From positions 1-64,000 of the forward strand of contig JBMFRC010000006.1 in assembly GCA_049968235.1 (NCBI GenBank): 64,000 nucleotides of DNA. Reading direction: 5' to 3'. The position numbers and the translations under genes are program-made. Positions 39,639 to 48,036 of this stretch are shown piece by piece. Numbering within the stretch: the stretch's first letter is position 1; every line of letters starts with the position of its first letter. The DNA comes from Candidatus Hydrogenedens sp. GTDB taxonomy: Bacteria > Hydrogenedentota > Hydrogenedentia > Hydrogenedentales > Hydrogenedentaceae. The notes below the pieces were generated by a model. That model saw only the letters and a program-made list of their open reading frames with translations, was not told the DNA's origin and did not search any database.

Positions 39639-40628
39639 TTATAGTTGATCGTTCTTTTTTGCACACAAAAGAGCCGAGCCTAATGCTACTGCATCATCAC
39701 CTAATTTTCCTATTTCTAACGATACTTTTTTTCTTAGAAATGGCATGGCATGTTCTTTAATGGCCCGTTGAATTTCTGCTTCGTATATTTTCCCAACTGC
39801 TTCTATCAGTCCCCCACCTAATATAACCAATTCTGGACTCATTACATTTATAAGATTTGCGATACCCACCCCTGTTAAATATGCCGCTTTTCTCACGATA
39901 TCCTCAACTTTTTTCTCTCCATGTTCTATTGCATCTGCAATCACACTACTTCTTATTTTAGAAATATCTGTCCCTACTTTTTCTGCAAGGTATGTTGACT
40001 CACCGCGAAGAATTAGTGCGGAAATTTCCCGTGTTATTGCTATTCTCGATGCCAATGCTTCCAAGCATCCTCTTTTACCACAACCACATAATGGACCATC
40101 TATTTGTAATGTCATATGCCCAACTTCTCCTGCACCACCAGAAGCACCATGAACAATCTTGCGATTCACAATTAGTCCTCCACCAATACCTGTTCCCGGA
40201 AAAACACCCACAACATGTTTTGCTTCTCTATTATTACCTAATAGCCACTCCGCATAAGTTCCTAAATTTACATCATTATCTAATACAACAGGAACGGCAA
40301 AATGTTTTGAAAGAATATCGGCAATAGGAAAATTTTCCCATCCAAGATTTGGTGTATTTATTACAATTCCATTTTTCGGGTCAACAGGTCCAGGGGCTCC
40401 AATTCCTATCCCTACAATTTTAGGATTTCCCGCTTTTTCAATCGATTCTTCTATAGTTTGAATGATTTTATTTTCGGGTTTTGTATCTTTTAACCAACCT
40501 TTTGTTTTTTTACGACATCTTGAGATAATTTCAAATTTGTTATTAACAACAATAGATAGTATTTTTGTACCTCCGACATCCACACCTACAATATATTCAT
40601 CTGATTTCATAAATTTTCCTTTTGACAA
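39639..40628 (-). CDS. ROK-family glucokinase
   Basis: VGVDVGGTK, ENDxN-like LDNDVNLGTYAE, HGASGGAGEVGHM and the ROK zinc motif CGCGKRGCLE. Confidence 0.88.
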   Translation of the reverse strand: MSKGKFMKSDEYIVGVDVGGTKILSIVVNNKFEIISRCRKKTKGWLKDTKPENKIIQTIEESIEKAGNPKIVGIGIGAPGPVDPKNGIVINTPNLGWENFPIADILSKHFAVPVVLDNDVNLGTYAEWLLGNNREAKHVVGVFPGTGIGGGLIVNRKIVHGASGGAGEVGHMTLQIDGPLCGCGKRGCLEALASRIAITREISALILRGESTYLAEKVGTDISKIRSSVIADAIEHGEKKVEDIVRKAAYLTGVGIANLINVMSPELVILGGGLIEAVGKIYEAEIQRAIKEHAMPFLRKKVSLEIGKLGDDAVALGSALLCAKKNDQL

Positions 40629-40682
40629 TTATAGGTTTAAATAATATAGGTTAATTATACAAATTGTGAGAGGTGAAAAATA

Positions 40683-41216
40683 CTATTTTATTTTTACAGA
40701 TTCCGTTAACTTTATTCCATATTCAAATACTTCTTTATTCTGGTCATGGACTTTCCTGGGTAAATTAGAAAATATTGCATTTTGCCAGCATTCATAGGGA
40801 ATATTCATGTAATTACTTAAAGCACCTAAGAGACATATATTAAAATTTTTTTGATTTACAGGCAGATATTTTTCTCCTTTGAGAAGTGATAGTTCCCTAC
40901 TTTCTCCGACAATAAGAGAAATATCTATCACGATCCCATCTGGTTTTAACCGATACAAATTGTTTTCCAATTCGTCAGGATGCATTAAAACAAGAAAATC
41001 TGCCTCTCCATATGGAACCATAGGGCTAAAAACCTTTTTCCCGAAACGCACATCACTGGATACAGAGCCCCCTCGTTGACTCATACCATGTATTTCACTT
41101 TTTCGGACATCATATCCAGCAAGAAACGCTGAATCCGCCAGGATATTTGAAGATAAAATAACTCCAGTTCCACCAATACCTGTTAAGACAATATTAATTA
41201 CTTCCTGTTGCGACAT
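40683..41216 (-). CDS. iorB: Indolepyruvate:ferredoxin oxidoreductase, beta subunit
   Basis: 177 aa with an IorB/PorG-like fold (INIVLTGIGGTGVILSSNILA...GMSQRGGSV). It lies immediately downstream of iorA. Confidence 0.75.
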   Translation of the reverse strand: MSQQEVINIVLTGIGGTGVILSSNILADSAFLAGYDVRKSEIHGMSQRGGSVSSDVRFGKKVFSPMVPYGEADFLVLMHPDELENNLYRLKPDGIVIDISLIVGESRELSLLKGEKYLPVNQKNFNICLLGALSNYMNIPYECWQNAIFSNLPRKVHDQNKEVFEYGIKLTESVKIK

Positions 41217-42822
41217 TCGATTTTTCTCCTGTTGTCTGTTGTATTTCAGTTTTTTGTTGTTTCTTTCTTAACAAGGCACATGTTTTTCTCATAACAATAA
41301 GATTCGTCTTGTTATTATCAAGAGCTTCTTCCAACGTTTTTTTGAGAACAGAAACACGATCAGTAACAACTACATTTTCCACTCCGATGGCTTTTGCAAT
41401 ATCTTCAATTACTACTTGATTCGTTGGTTCATGATTTAATTTTTTACCCGTGCCTGGATGCTCTTGCATACCTGTCATTGCAGTTGTATTATTGTCAAGG
41501 ACAATAATGATATGTCCTGTTGGAGGTGGATTGTAAACCATTTCCACGACACCGGGCAAACCACTATGGATAAAAGTGCTGTCTCCGATTACACTAACCA
41601 CTTTCTTTGCTTCTTCAGGTGGCAATGAGTGTCTTAAACCAAGCCCAACGGTAATACTGGCACCCATACAAACACACGAGTCCATAGTCTGAAAAGGAGG
41701 CAATACACTTAAAGTATAACAACCGATATCACCTGTAACGATACAGTTCATTTTCCCTAACAAAGTAAAGGTTGCTCTATGTGGACAACCATCACATAAT
41801 CTTGGTGGTCTTTCTCGTTTTATCGGTGGTTCTGGCGAAATATCCCCTTTCAGAATTCGGCGTACCCTATTAACATTCAGTTCTCCAAAACGATACATTT
41901 CTGGCTTTTCTTCCACAGGGATACCATAATATCGACAATTTTCTACTAAAAATGGGTCTCCTTCCTCGATGACTATGCACCTTTTATGTTTTTGCACAAA
42001 ATGACGAACTTTCTCTTCGGGAAATGGATAACACATCCCTATTTTCAAAACAGAAGCATTCGGTTCCGCTTCCAGAACATGGAGATATGAGACACCGGAG
42101 GTTATAATTCCTAACTCTTCAGATTTAATTTCTTCTTTATTAAGTTTACAGATTTCATTCCATTTCTTTATTTGTGCCAATTTTTCTCTTAACTTTCTAT
42201 GTGCCGGTCTTGCATAACCAGGAATCATAACCCTCCCCGGTTTATCTGGATTATATTTAACAGGTAATACGGGGCTGTATTTCTTTTCTTCATATTCCAC
42301 AATAGACATCGAATGACATACTCTTGTAGTGGGTCTGAGTATAACAGGCAACTTCCATTCCTTTGAAAGACGAACTGCTTCAAAAAAGAAATCATAACAT
42401 TCTTGACTATCACATGGTTCCAACATCATTAGCCCTGCAGAACGGGCATAATTGCGGTTATCCTGTTCATTCTGACTGGAATGCATATCAGGGTCATCAG
42501 CAGAGATAATAACAAGAGCACCTTCAACACCTGTATAAGCCACAGTAAATAATGGGTCCGATGCTACATTTAGACCCACATGTTTCATTGTCACCAAAGC
42601 ATGTCCGCCGGCAAAAGCAACGCCAATACCCACTTCGAGAGCTACTTTTTCATTTGGACACCACTGTGCCTTACCACCATACTCTGAAAAATACTCTAAA
42701 ATCTCTGTTGAAGGTGTTCCAGGATAACCCGTCCCCAAAGTAATCCCGGAATGAATCCCTGCTAATGCAATCGCCTCATTTCCAAACATTAATTTTTTCA
42801 TAACACTACTCCCAAAAATCAA
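41194..42822 (-). CDS. iorA: Indolepyruvate:ferredoxin oxidoreductase, alpha subunit
   Basis: N-terminus FGNEAIALAGIHSGITLGTGYPGTPSTEILEYF, a TPP-binding GDSTF...DNNTTAMTGMQ region and the Cys cluster CDGCPHRATF. Confidence 0.8.
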   Translation of the reverse strand: MIFGSSVMKKLMFGNEAIALAGIHSGITLGTGYPGTPSTEILEYFSEYGGKAQWCPNEKVALEVGIGVAFAGGHALVTMKHVGLNVASDPLFTVAYTGVEGALVIISADDPDMHSSQNEQDNRNYARSAGLMMLEPCDSQECYDFFFEAVRLSKEWKLPVILRPTTRVCHSMSIVEYEEKKYSPVLPVKYNPDKPGRVMIPGYARPAHRKLREKLAQIKKWNEICKLNKEEIKSEELGIITSGVSYLHVLEAEPNASVLKIGMCYPFPEEKVRHFVQKHKRCIVIEEGDPFLVENCRYYGIPVEEKPEMYRFGELNVNRVRRILKGDISPEPPIKRERPPRLCDGCPHRATFTLLGKMNCIVTGDIGCYTLSVLPPFQTMDSCVCMGASITVGLGLRHSLPPEEAKKVVSVIGDSTFIHSGLPGVVEMVYNPPPTGHIIIVLDNNTTAMTGMQEHPGTGKKLNHEPTNQVVIEDIAKAIGVENVVVTDRVSVLKKTLEEALDNNKTNLIVMRKTCALLRKKQQKTEIQQTTGEKSNVATGSN

Positions 42823-42905
42823 TTAAAATAACAAATAATACAATAAAGGGGGTATTATAATAATTTCCATTCATATTATTCCATTAGAAATCCATATAAA
42901 TTGTA

Positions 42906-44324
42906 CTACACAACAAATAAGTTCTTTGTCATTCGATAAAGATAAATAGGAACATATCTTATAAGTGATAAAGGTCGGGGATAAATTTTTAGTAATCTGT
43001 AAATTCTATTTGGCCTTAAAAAGAACTGTCTATTTGCTTTTCGCTGGTAATAGAAAAGAACATCATCAGGTAAGTCAGTAAGATTAATTCTCACACCAGC
43101 AAAATCTATGTTCATATAATCAAAATTCTTCAATTTTTCCGGTTTATTTTGTTTAAGCCACTCAAATAATGGTGTTCCTGGGAAAGGTACCACCGTAAAA
43201 AAACTTGCAGTATGTAACATCGAATTTGTTGCAATATCTATTGTCATTTGAAGTTCTTCTTCTGTTTCTGTCGGGAAACCCATCATACAAAAGCCATTAG
43301 CATATACCCCTTTATTGACCATTATTTCTATTCCTTTTATAAATTTTGGAATATCAAGATTTTTACAGGTAAACTTTTGCATTCGTGGTGAACCTGTTTC
43401 TAAAGCAAAAGAAGACATATAAGTTCCTGCGGAGCATAAAGCCTCCGCAATATCTTCTGTAACTAAATCCCCTCTAATCGCATTGGGAAATGTTAATTTA
43501 ATATTTAATCCTTTTTGTCTCACTAATTCAGAAAATTGTATTACCCTCTGTTTGTTAAAATTAAAATTATCATCAAGAAATTCAAATTCATTAACACCAT
43601 ATTTGTGGTTTAACCATTCAATTTCTTCAATAATTCGTTCAGGTGAACAAAATCGTATCTTTTTCCCAAATATAGAATGACACCACATACACTGGTATGG
43701 ACAACCTCTACTAGTAACTAAACACATATACTTTCTTGGAGGTAAAGGGGTCATAGATTGTAAACCCCAGTATTGCTGTATATTAATTAAATCGTATTCA
43801 GGAAACGGAAGTTTATCCAAATCCGGTTCAACTGGTAATAACCCCGGATTTTCTATAACTTCCTCTGTTTCATCTTTCCATATTATCCCTGAAATATTTT
43901 TAAGATTCTTTTTATGTGGATAACTTTCCACGATTTGCTTAAATGCTATTTCACCTTCTCCTGGCACCACTATATCTAAATGCCTGCAGTCTGAAAAAGC
44001 CTGTACCTTTACAGATGAAGCATGTGGACCACCTAAAACAATCCAACAATTAGGAAGTGATTCTTTTATTTTTTCAGCGATTAGGGGTATCAAACCTGCA
44101 AAAACTGTAGATGATGATAAGCCAACAATATCCGGTAAAAACTGATATATTTCTTTTGTTAGTTCTTTAGGTGTATCATTTTTTACTTTTTGATTGATTA
44201 ATTTTATTTCTACATCTTTAATTTCCCTTTTTAAATAGCCTGCAAGATACATAATTCCCATAGGTGGTGTAGCCAATGGATACATCGGTTTCCTATACCC
44301 CAGATTTATCAATACTATCTTCAT
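42906..44324 (-). CDS. B12-binding-domain radical SAM enzyme (class B rSAM-like), paralogue A
   Basis: 472 aa. It has an N-terminal cobalamin-binding Rossmann-like domain and a CxxxCxxC motif (GCPYQCMWC). Its central ~370 aa are identical to the neighbouring paralogue. Its 80-aa C-terminal tail and 20-aa N-terminus are unique. Confidence 0.8.
   Translation of the reverse strand: MKIVLINLGYRKPMYPLATPPMGIMYLAGYLKREIKDVEIKLINQKVKNDTPKELTKEIYQFLPDIVGLSSSTVFAGLIPLIAEKIKESLPNCWIVLGGPHASSVKVQAFSDCRHLDIVVPGEGEIAFKQIVESYPHKKNLKNISGIIWKDETEEVIENPGLLPVEPDLDKLPFPEYDLINIQQYWGLQSMTPLPPRKYMCLVTSRGCPYQCMWCHSIFGKKIRFCSPERIIEEIEWLNHKYGVNEFEFLDDNFNFNKQRVIQFSELVRQKGLNIKLTFPNAIRGDLVTEDIAEALCSAGTYMSSFALETGSPRMQKFTCKNLDIPKFIKGIEIMVNKGVYANGFCMMGFPTETEEELQMTIDIATNSMLHTASFFTVVPFPGTPLFEWLKQNKPEKLKNFDYMNIDFAGVRINLTDLPDDVLFYYQRKANRQFFLRPNRIYRLLKIYPRPLSLIRYVPIYLYRMTKNLFVV
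43147..44268. repeat. Direct repeat copy 1 (~1.12 kb, virtually identical to 44731..45852)
   Basis: Nucleotide-level identity was observed by eye along the whole core. Only one difference was noticed (CATTCGTGGTG vs CATTCGCGGTG), and it is synonymous. The period is 1584 bp. Confidence 0.9.
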
Positions 44325-44489
44325 TTATTCCTCATAAAGTATTCAATATATTTTATAACATTCTAAATAATATATTACTTCCTGAATAATTAAAATTATA
44401 TGCTTTTTTTTATAATAGTTAAGCACCACTATTTAGAATTGCTTCTTTATATAAGGATATGGTTCTAATATTGTATTACACTTTATGAT

Positions 44490-45914
44490 TTATTTTACAA
44501 TAATTCCTTTCAATAATCGCTGTAATAGCATAGGAAAATACATAGTAAGATGTAATGGATGAGGATAAATTTTGATAATTCTATATATTCTATCAGGTTT
44601 AGAGAAAAACTTTATGTATGCTCTCCGTTGATATTTATAAAATACTTCATCTGGAAGGTCTGTTAAATTAACTTTGATACTCCCATATTCTGCATTATTG
44701 TAATTTATATTTTTAACCTTATTCGGGCGATTTTGTTTAAGCCACTCAAATAATGGTGTTCCTGGGAAAGGTACCACCGTAAAAAAACTTGCAGTATGTA
44801 ACATCGAATTTGTTGCAATATCTATTGTCATTTGAAGTTCTTCTTCTGTTTCTGTCGGGAAACCCATCATACAAAAGCCATTAGCATATACCCCTTTATT
44901 GACCATTATTTCTATTCCTTTTATAAATTTTGGAATATCAAGATTTTTACAGGTAAACTTTTGCATTCGCGGTGAACCTGTTTCTAAAGCAAAAGAAGAC
45001 ATATAAGTTCCTGCGGAGCATAAAGCCTCCGCAATATCTTCTGTAACTAAATCCCCTCTAATCGCATTGGGAAATGTTAATTTAATATTTAATCCTTTTT
45101 GTCTCACTAATTCAGAAAATTGTATTACCCTCTGTTTGTTAAAATTAAAATTATCATCAAGAAATTCAAATTCATTAACACCATATTTGTGGTTTAACCA
45201 TTCAATTTCTTCAATAATTCGTTCAGGTGAACAAAATCGTATCTTTTTCCCAAATATAGAATGACACCACATACACTGGTATGGACAACCTCTACTAGTA
45301 ACTAAACACATATACTTTCTTGGAGGTAAAGGGGTCATAGATTGTAAACCCCAGTATTGCTGTATATTAATTAAATCGTATTCAGGAAACGGAAGTTTAT
45401 CCAAATCCGGTTCAACTGGTAATAACCCCGGATTTTCTATAACTTCCTCTGTTTCATCTTTCCATATTATCCCTGAAATATTTTTAAGATTCTTTTTATG
45501 TGGATAACTTTCCACGATTTGCTTAAATGCTATTTCACCTTCTCCTGGCACCACTATATCTAAATGCCTGCAGTCTGAAAAAGCCTGTACCTTTACAGAT
45601 GAAGCATGTGGACCACCTAAAACAATCCAACAATTAGGAAGTGATTCTTTTATTTTTTCAGCGATTAGGGGTATCAAACCTGCAAAAACTGTAGATGATG
45701 ATAAGCCAACAATATCCGGTAAAAACTGATATATTTCTTTTGTTAGTTCTTTAGGTGTATCATTTTTTACTTTTTGATTGATTAATTTTATTTCTACATC
45801 TTTAATTTCCCTTTTTAAATAGCCTGCAAGATACATAATTCCCATAGGTGGAGATATAACGCGATATAGGAAAGAACTCCTTCCCATATTTACTAATATT
45901 ATCCTACTTTTCAT
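44490..45914 (-). CDS. B12-binding-domain radical SAM enzyme (class B rSAM-like), paralogue B
   Basis: 474 aa with the same core as paralogue A. Its C-terminal tail is divergent (RPNKVKNINYNNAEYGSIKVNL... versus KPEKLKNFDYMNIDFAGVRINL...). Confidence 0.8.
   Translation of the reverse strand: MKSRIILVNMGRSSFLYRVISPPMGIMYLAGYLKREIKDVEIKLINQKVKNDTPKELTKEIYQFLPDIVGLSSSTVFAGLIPLIAEKIKESLPNCWIVLGGPHASSVKVQAFSDCRHLDIVVPGEGEIAFKQIVESYPHKKNLKNISGIIWKDETEEVIENPGLLPVEPDLDKLPFPEYDLINIQQYWGLQSMTPLPPRKYMCLVTSRGCPYQCMWCHSIFGKKIRFCSPERIIEEIEWLNHKYGVNEFEFLDDNFNFNKQRVIQFSELVRQKGLNIKLTFPNAIRGDLVTEDIAEALCSAGTYMSSFALETGSPRMQKFTCKNLDIPKFIKGIEIMVNKGVYANGFCMMGFPTETEEELQMTIDIATNSMLHTASFFTVVPFPGTPLFEWLKQNRPNKVKNINYNNAEYGSIKVNLTDLPDEVFYKYQRRAYIKFFSKPDRIYRIIKIYPHPLHLTMYFPMLLQRLLKGIIVK
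44731..45852. repeat. Direct repeat copy 2 (~1.12 kb)
   Basis: See copy 1. The ORF-track duplicates 43483..43680 and 45067..45264 (identical 65-aa antisense ORFs) are by-products of this repeat. Confidence 0.9.
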
Positions 45915-45956
45915 AATAGAAATAATACTCCCTTATATTTTCCTAATTTTTTACCT

Positions 45957-48032
45957 TTACCTATTTAACAATACTTCTAAACTATCTCCTAAAGGGAAAA
46001 GGCAAGATTTATTCAATTTTTTACAATAATTATATATGTAACTTTTACTCCTATATTCTATCAATGGTTTAATAAATTTTTTTAATACCTCTTTTTCTTT
46101 ATATGCTATGGTAAGGTAATGTTCACAATCATCATTTTTTTTATTCATATAACAAATAATAGATTTCAACAAATATATGTCTCCAAATCGAGGATATTTA
46201 CTCAAAAGGTAATCACACATTTTGTCTGCAATATAATAATGTCCATCTTTTATTAATCCTGAAATTGTATAAATATTAATCCACGATAATATAGGCCAGG
46301 TAGCAATATATTTTTGAAGAATATATAGGTTTTCTCTTTTCGCTTTTTCGTTGTTCGAAACAATACCTATTTCATCCAATAATTTATCATAATTAATATT
46401 GTTTGTATTTATAAGGACATCACAGGTATTTTTTCCCACATTCCTAAAATTTTTTGCAACTTGACCTATATATAAATTATATTGACCCGGGTATACTTTC
46501 CAGTATACATCCAAACTATTATTATTAATACACTCTGTCAACTTAGCAATAGGGTCAGAATTATAAATAGCATATAATGTTATTGGCTCAATAACTATCC
46601 ATATCCTATTTTTTTCGTTTTCATTTAATTTTTCTTTTATTTCTTCCATTGCTCCGAATAAAGTAAAAAAAGATTGATATTTCAGGTCATTCCTTTTTAT
46701 ATAAATCTTATTTATATCCCAGAATGTGGTTGTTCTTTGTCCCAGAATAATGTCATTTAACCCTGCATTCGCCTCTATAAACTCCGTTGCATTTTTATAA
46801 TCCGTTCTATTCTTAAATGATATAAAACTAACACATTGTCCTAAATAAACAGACATTAAAAGAATTGCAAGAAAATATGACAGTATTTTAGGATTAAATT
46901 TAAAGATAATCGCAGAAGATATGATATAAATCAATGGTAAGGCATAGTAGTTATACAAAGGATGGAAAACAGGTTTATGGGTAATAACTACAATACTTAA
47001 TAATGATATAACGGGAACAAGTAAAGATAAAGTAATAAAAACTTCTCCCCTATTTTTTATATCCTTATTTTGTTTTATTTTCCATAAAATACTTAAAATA
47101 TAAATAATTGTTGTTATCACAAAAATTCCAAGAATGAAATAATCGAGAACAAATATTTTTCTTACCAATATACTTAAAATAAGGCTATCTATATTCAGGA
47201 TATTTGTCTTCCATGCAGGGATTAATTCCTCAGATATTCCAACACTATCAAAACCGAATAATCTATAAAATAATACTTTTATTTCAGTCCCTCCTCTACT
47301 GTCTATAACATTAAATAAAAATGGAGACATTTTGATATACCAAATTATCCATGGAATAACAGATAAAATGGACAGCACAGACCACAACATTTTTTTTCTT
47401 AGTAACGGTTTTGGAAAACTAAAAAGAAGTACAGGAATTTGGAACAATGGTGTTAGAACATATATCGCATGGAACCATGGCAAAATCAAATTGGAAATGA
47501 AACTAACAAGACACCACTTCCAGTTTTCTTTCTTATGGCTAAAATACATCCACAATCCTGAAAAAGAAAGAATAGCAAAAAATTGAATAAATGCATAACA
47601 TTTCAGTTCTTGATGAAACCATATATTAAAAGGAGATAAACAGAAAAGTAAACAGGCAAGGAAAGATGCTTTTCTTCCTACCAATAATTTTCCAAGAAAA
47701 TAGGTCGTTACAATTGCTAAAACACCAAAGGTTATGGGTAATACCCTCCATAACCAATCGATTTCTGGAAATAAATTTATCCAGTAATACAGAATAAAAG
47801 CAGAGGCAGGGGATATACCATAATCAGGACTATTGATATATAAAAGTCTAAAATAATCAAGTATATTACAAAATTTCGCATTACCAATGACTACATATTC
47901 ATCAAACCAAACCGATTGTTCATTTAATTTATATAAACGAAATATAAAGGAAAGAAAAATTATAACTATAATATATAATAAATCACTTTTAGTAAATTGT
48001 TCTCTGGCATTTTTAGTTTGATTCGTTTGCAT
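45957..48032 (-). CDS. GT-C fold membrane glycosyltransferase (family 39/83-like, ArnT/PMT-type) with C-terminal TPR-like domain, paralogue 2
   Basis: 691 aa with more than 10 TM helices. The first extracytoplasmic loop carries RLYKLNEQSVWFDEY, an ArnT/PMT-type DE motif. The C-terminal ~150 aa are soluble and helical-repeat-like. Confidence 0.65.
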   Translation of the reverse strand: MQTNQTKNAREQFTKSDLLYIIVIIFLSFIFRLYKLNEQSVWFDEYVVIGNAKFCNILDYFRLLYINSPDYGISPASAFILYYWINLFPEIDWLWRVLPITFGVLAIVTTYFLGKLLVGRKASFLACLLFCLSPFNIWFHQELKCYAFIQFFAILSFSGLWMYFSHKKENWKWCLVSFISNLILPWFHAIYVLTPLFQIPVLLFSFPKPLLRKKMLWSVLSILSVIPWIIWYIKMSPFLFNVIDSRGGTEIKVLFYRLFGFDSVGISEELIPAWKTNILNIDSLILSILVRKIFVLDYFILGIFVITTIIYILSILWKIKQNKDIKNRGEVFITLSLLVPVISLLSIVVITHKPVFHPLYNYYALPLIYIISSAIIFKFNPKILSYFLAILLMSVYLGQCVSFISFKNRTDYKNATEFIEANAGLNDIILGQRTTTFWDINKIYIKRNDLKYQSFFTLFGAMEEIKEKLNENEKNRIWIVIEPITLYAIYNSDPIAKLTECINNNSLDVYWKVYPGQYNLYIGQVAKNFRNVGKNTCDVLINTNNINYDKLLDEIGIVSNNEKAKRENLYILQKYIATWPILSWINIYTISGLIKDGHYYIADKMCDYLLSKYPRFGDIYLLKSIICYMNKKNDDCEHYLTIAYKEKEVLKKFIKPLIEYRSKSYIYNYCKKLNKSCLFPLGDSLEVLLNR

Positions 48033-48036
48033 ATCA

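Noticed and set aside
43483-45264. Identical 65-aa plus-strand ORFs at 43483..43680 and 45067..45264
   Set aside because: They are antisense to the B12-rSAM genes and identical only because they lie within the 1.12 kb direct repeat. They have no RBS or coding signal of their own.
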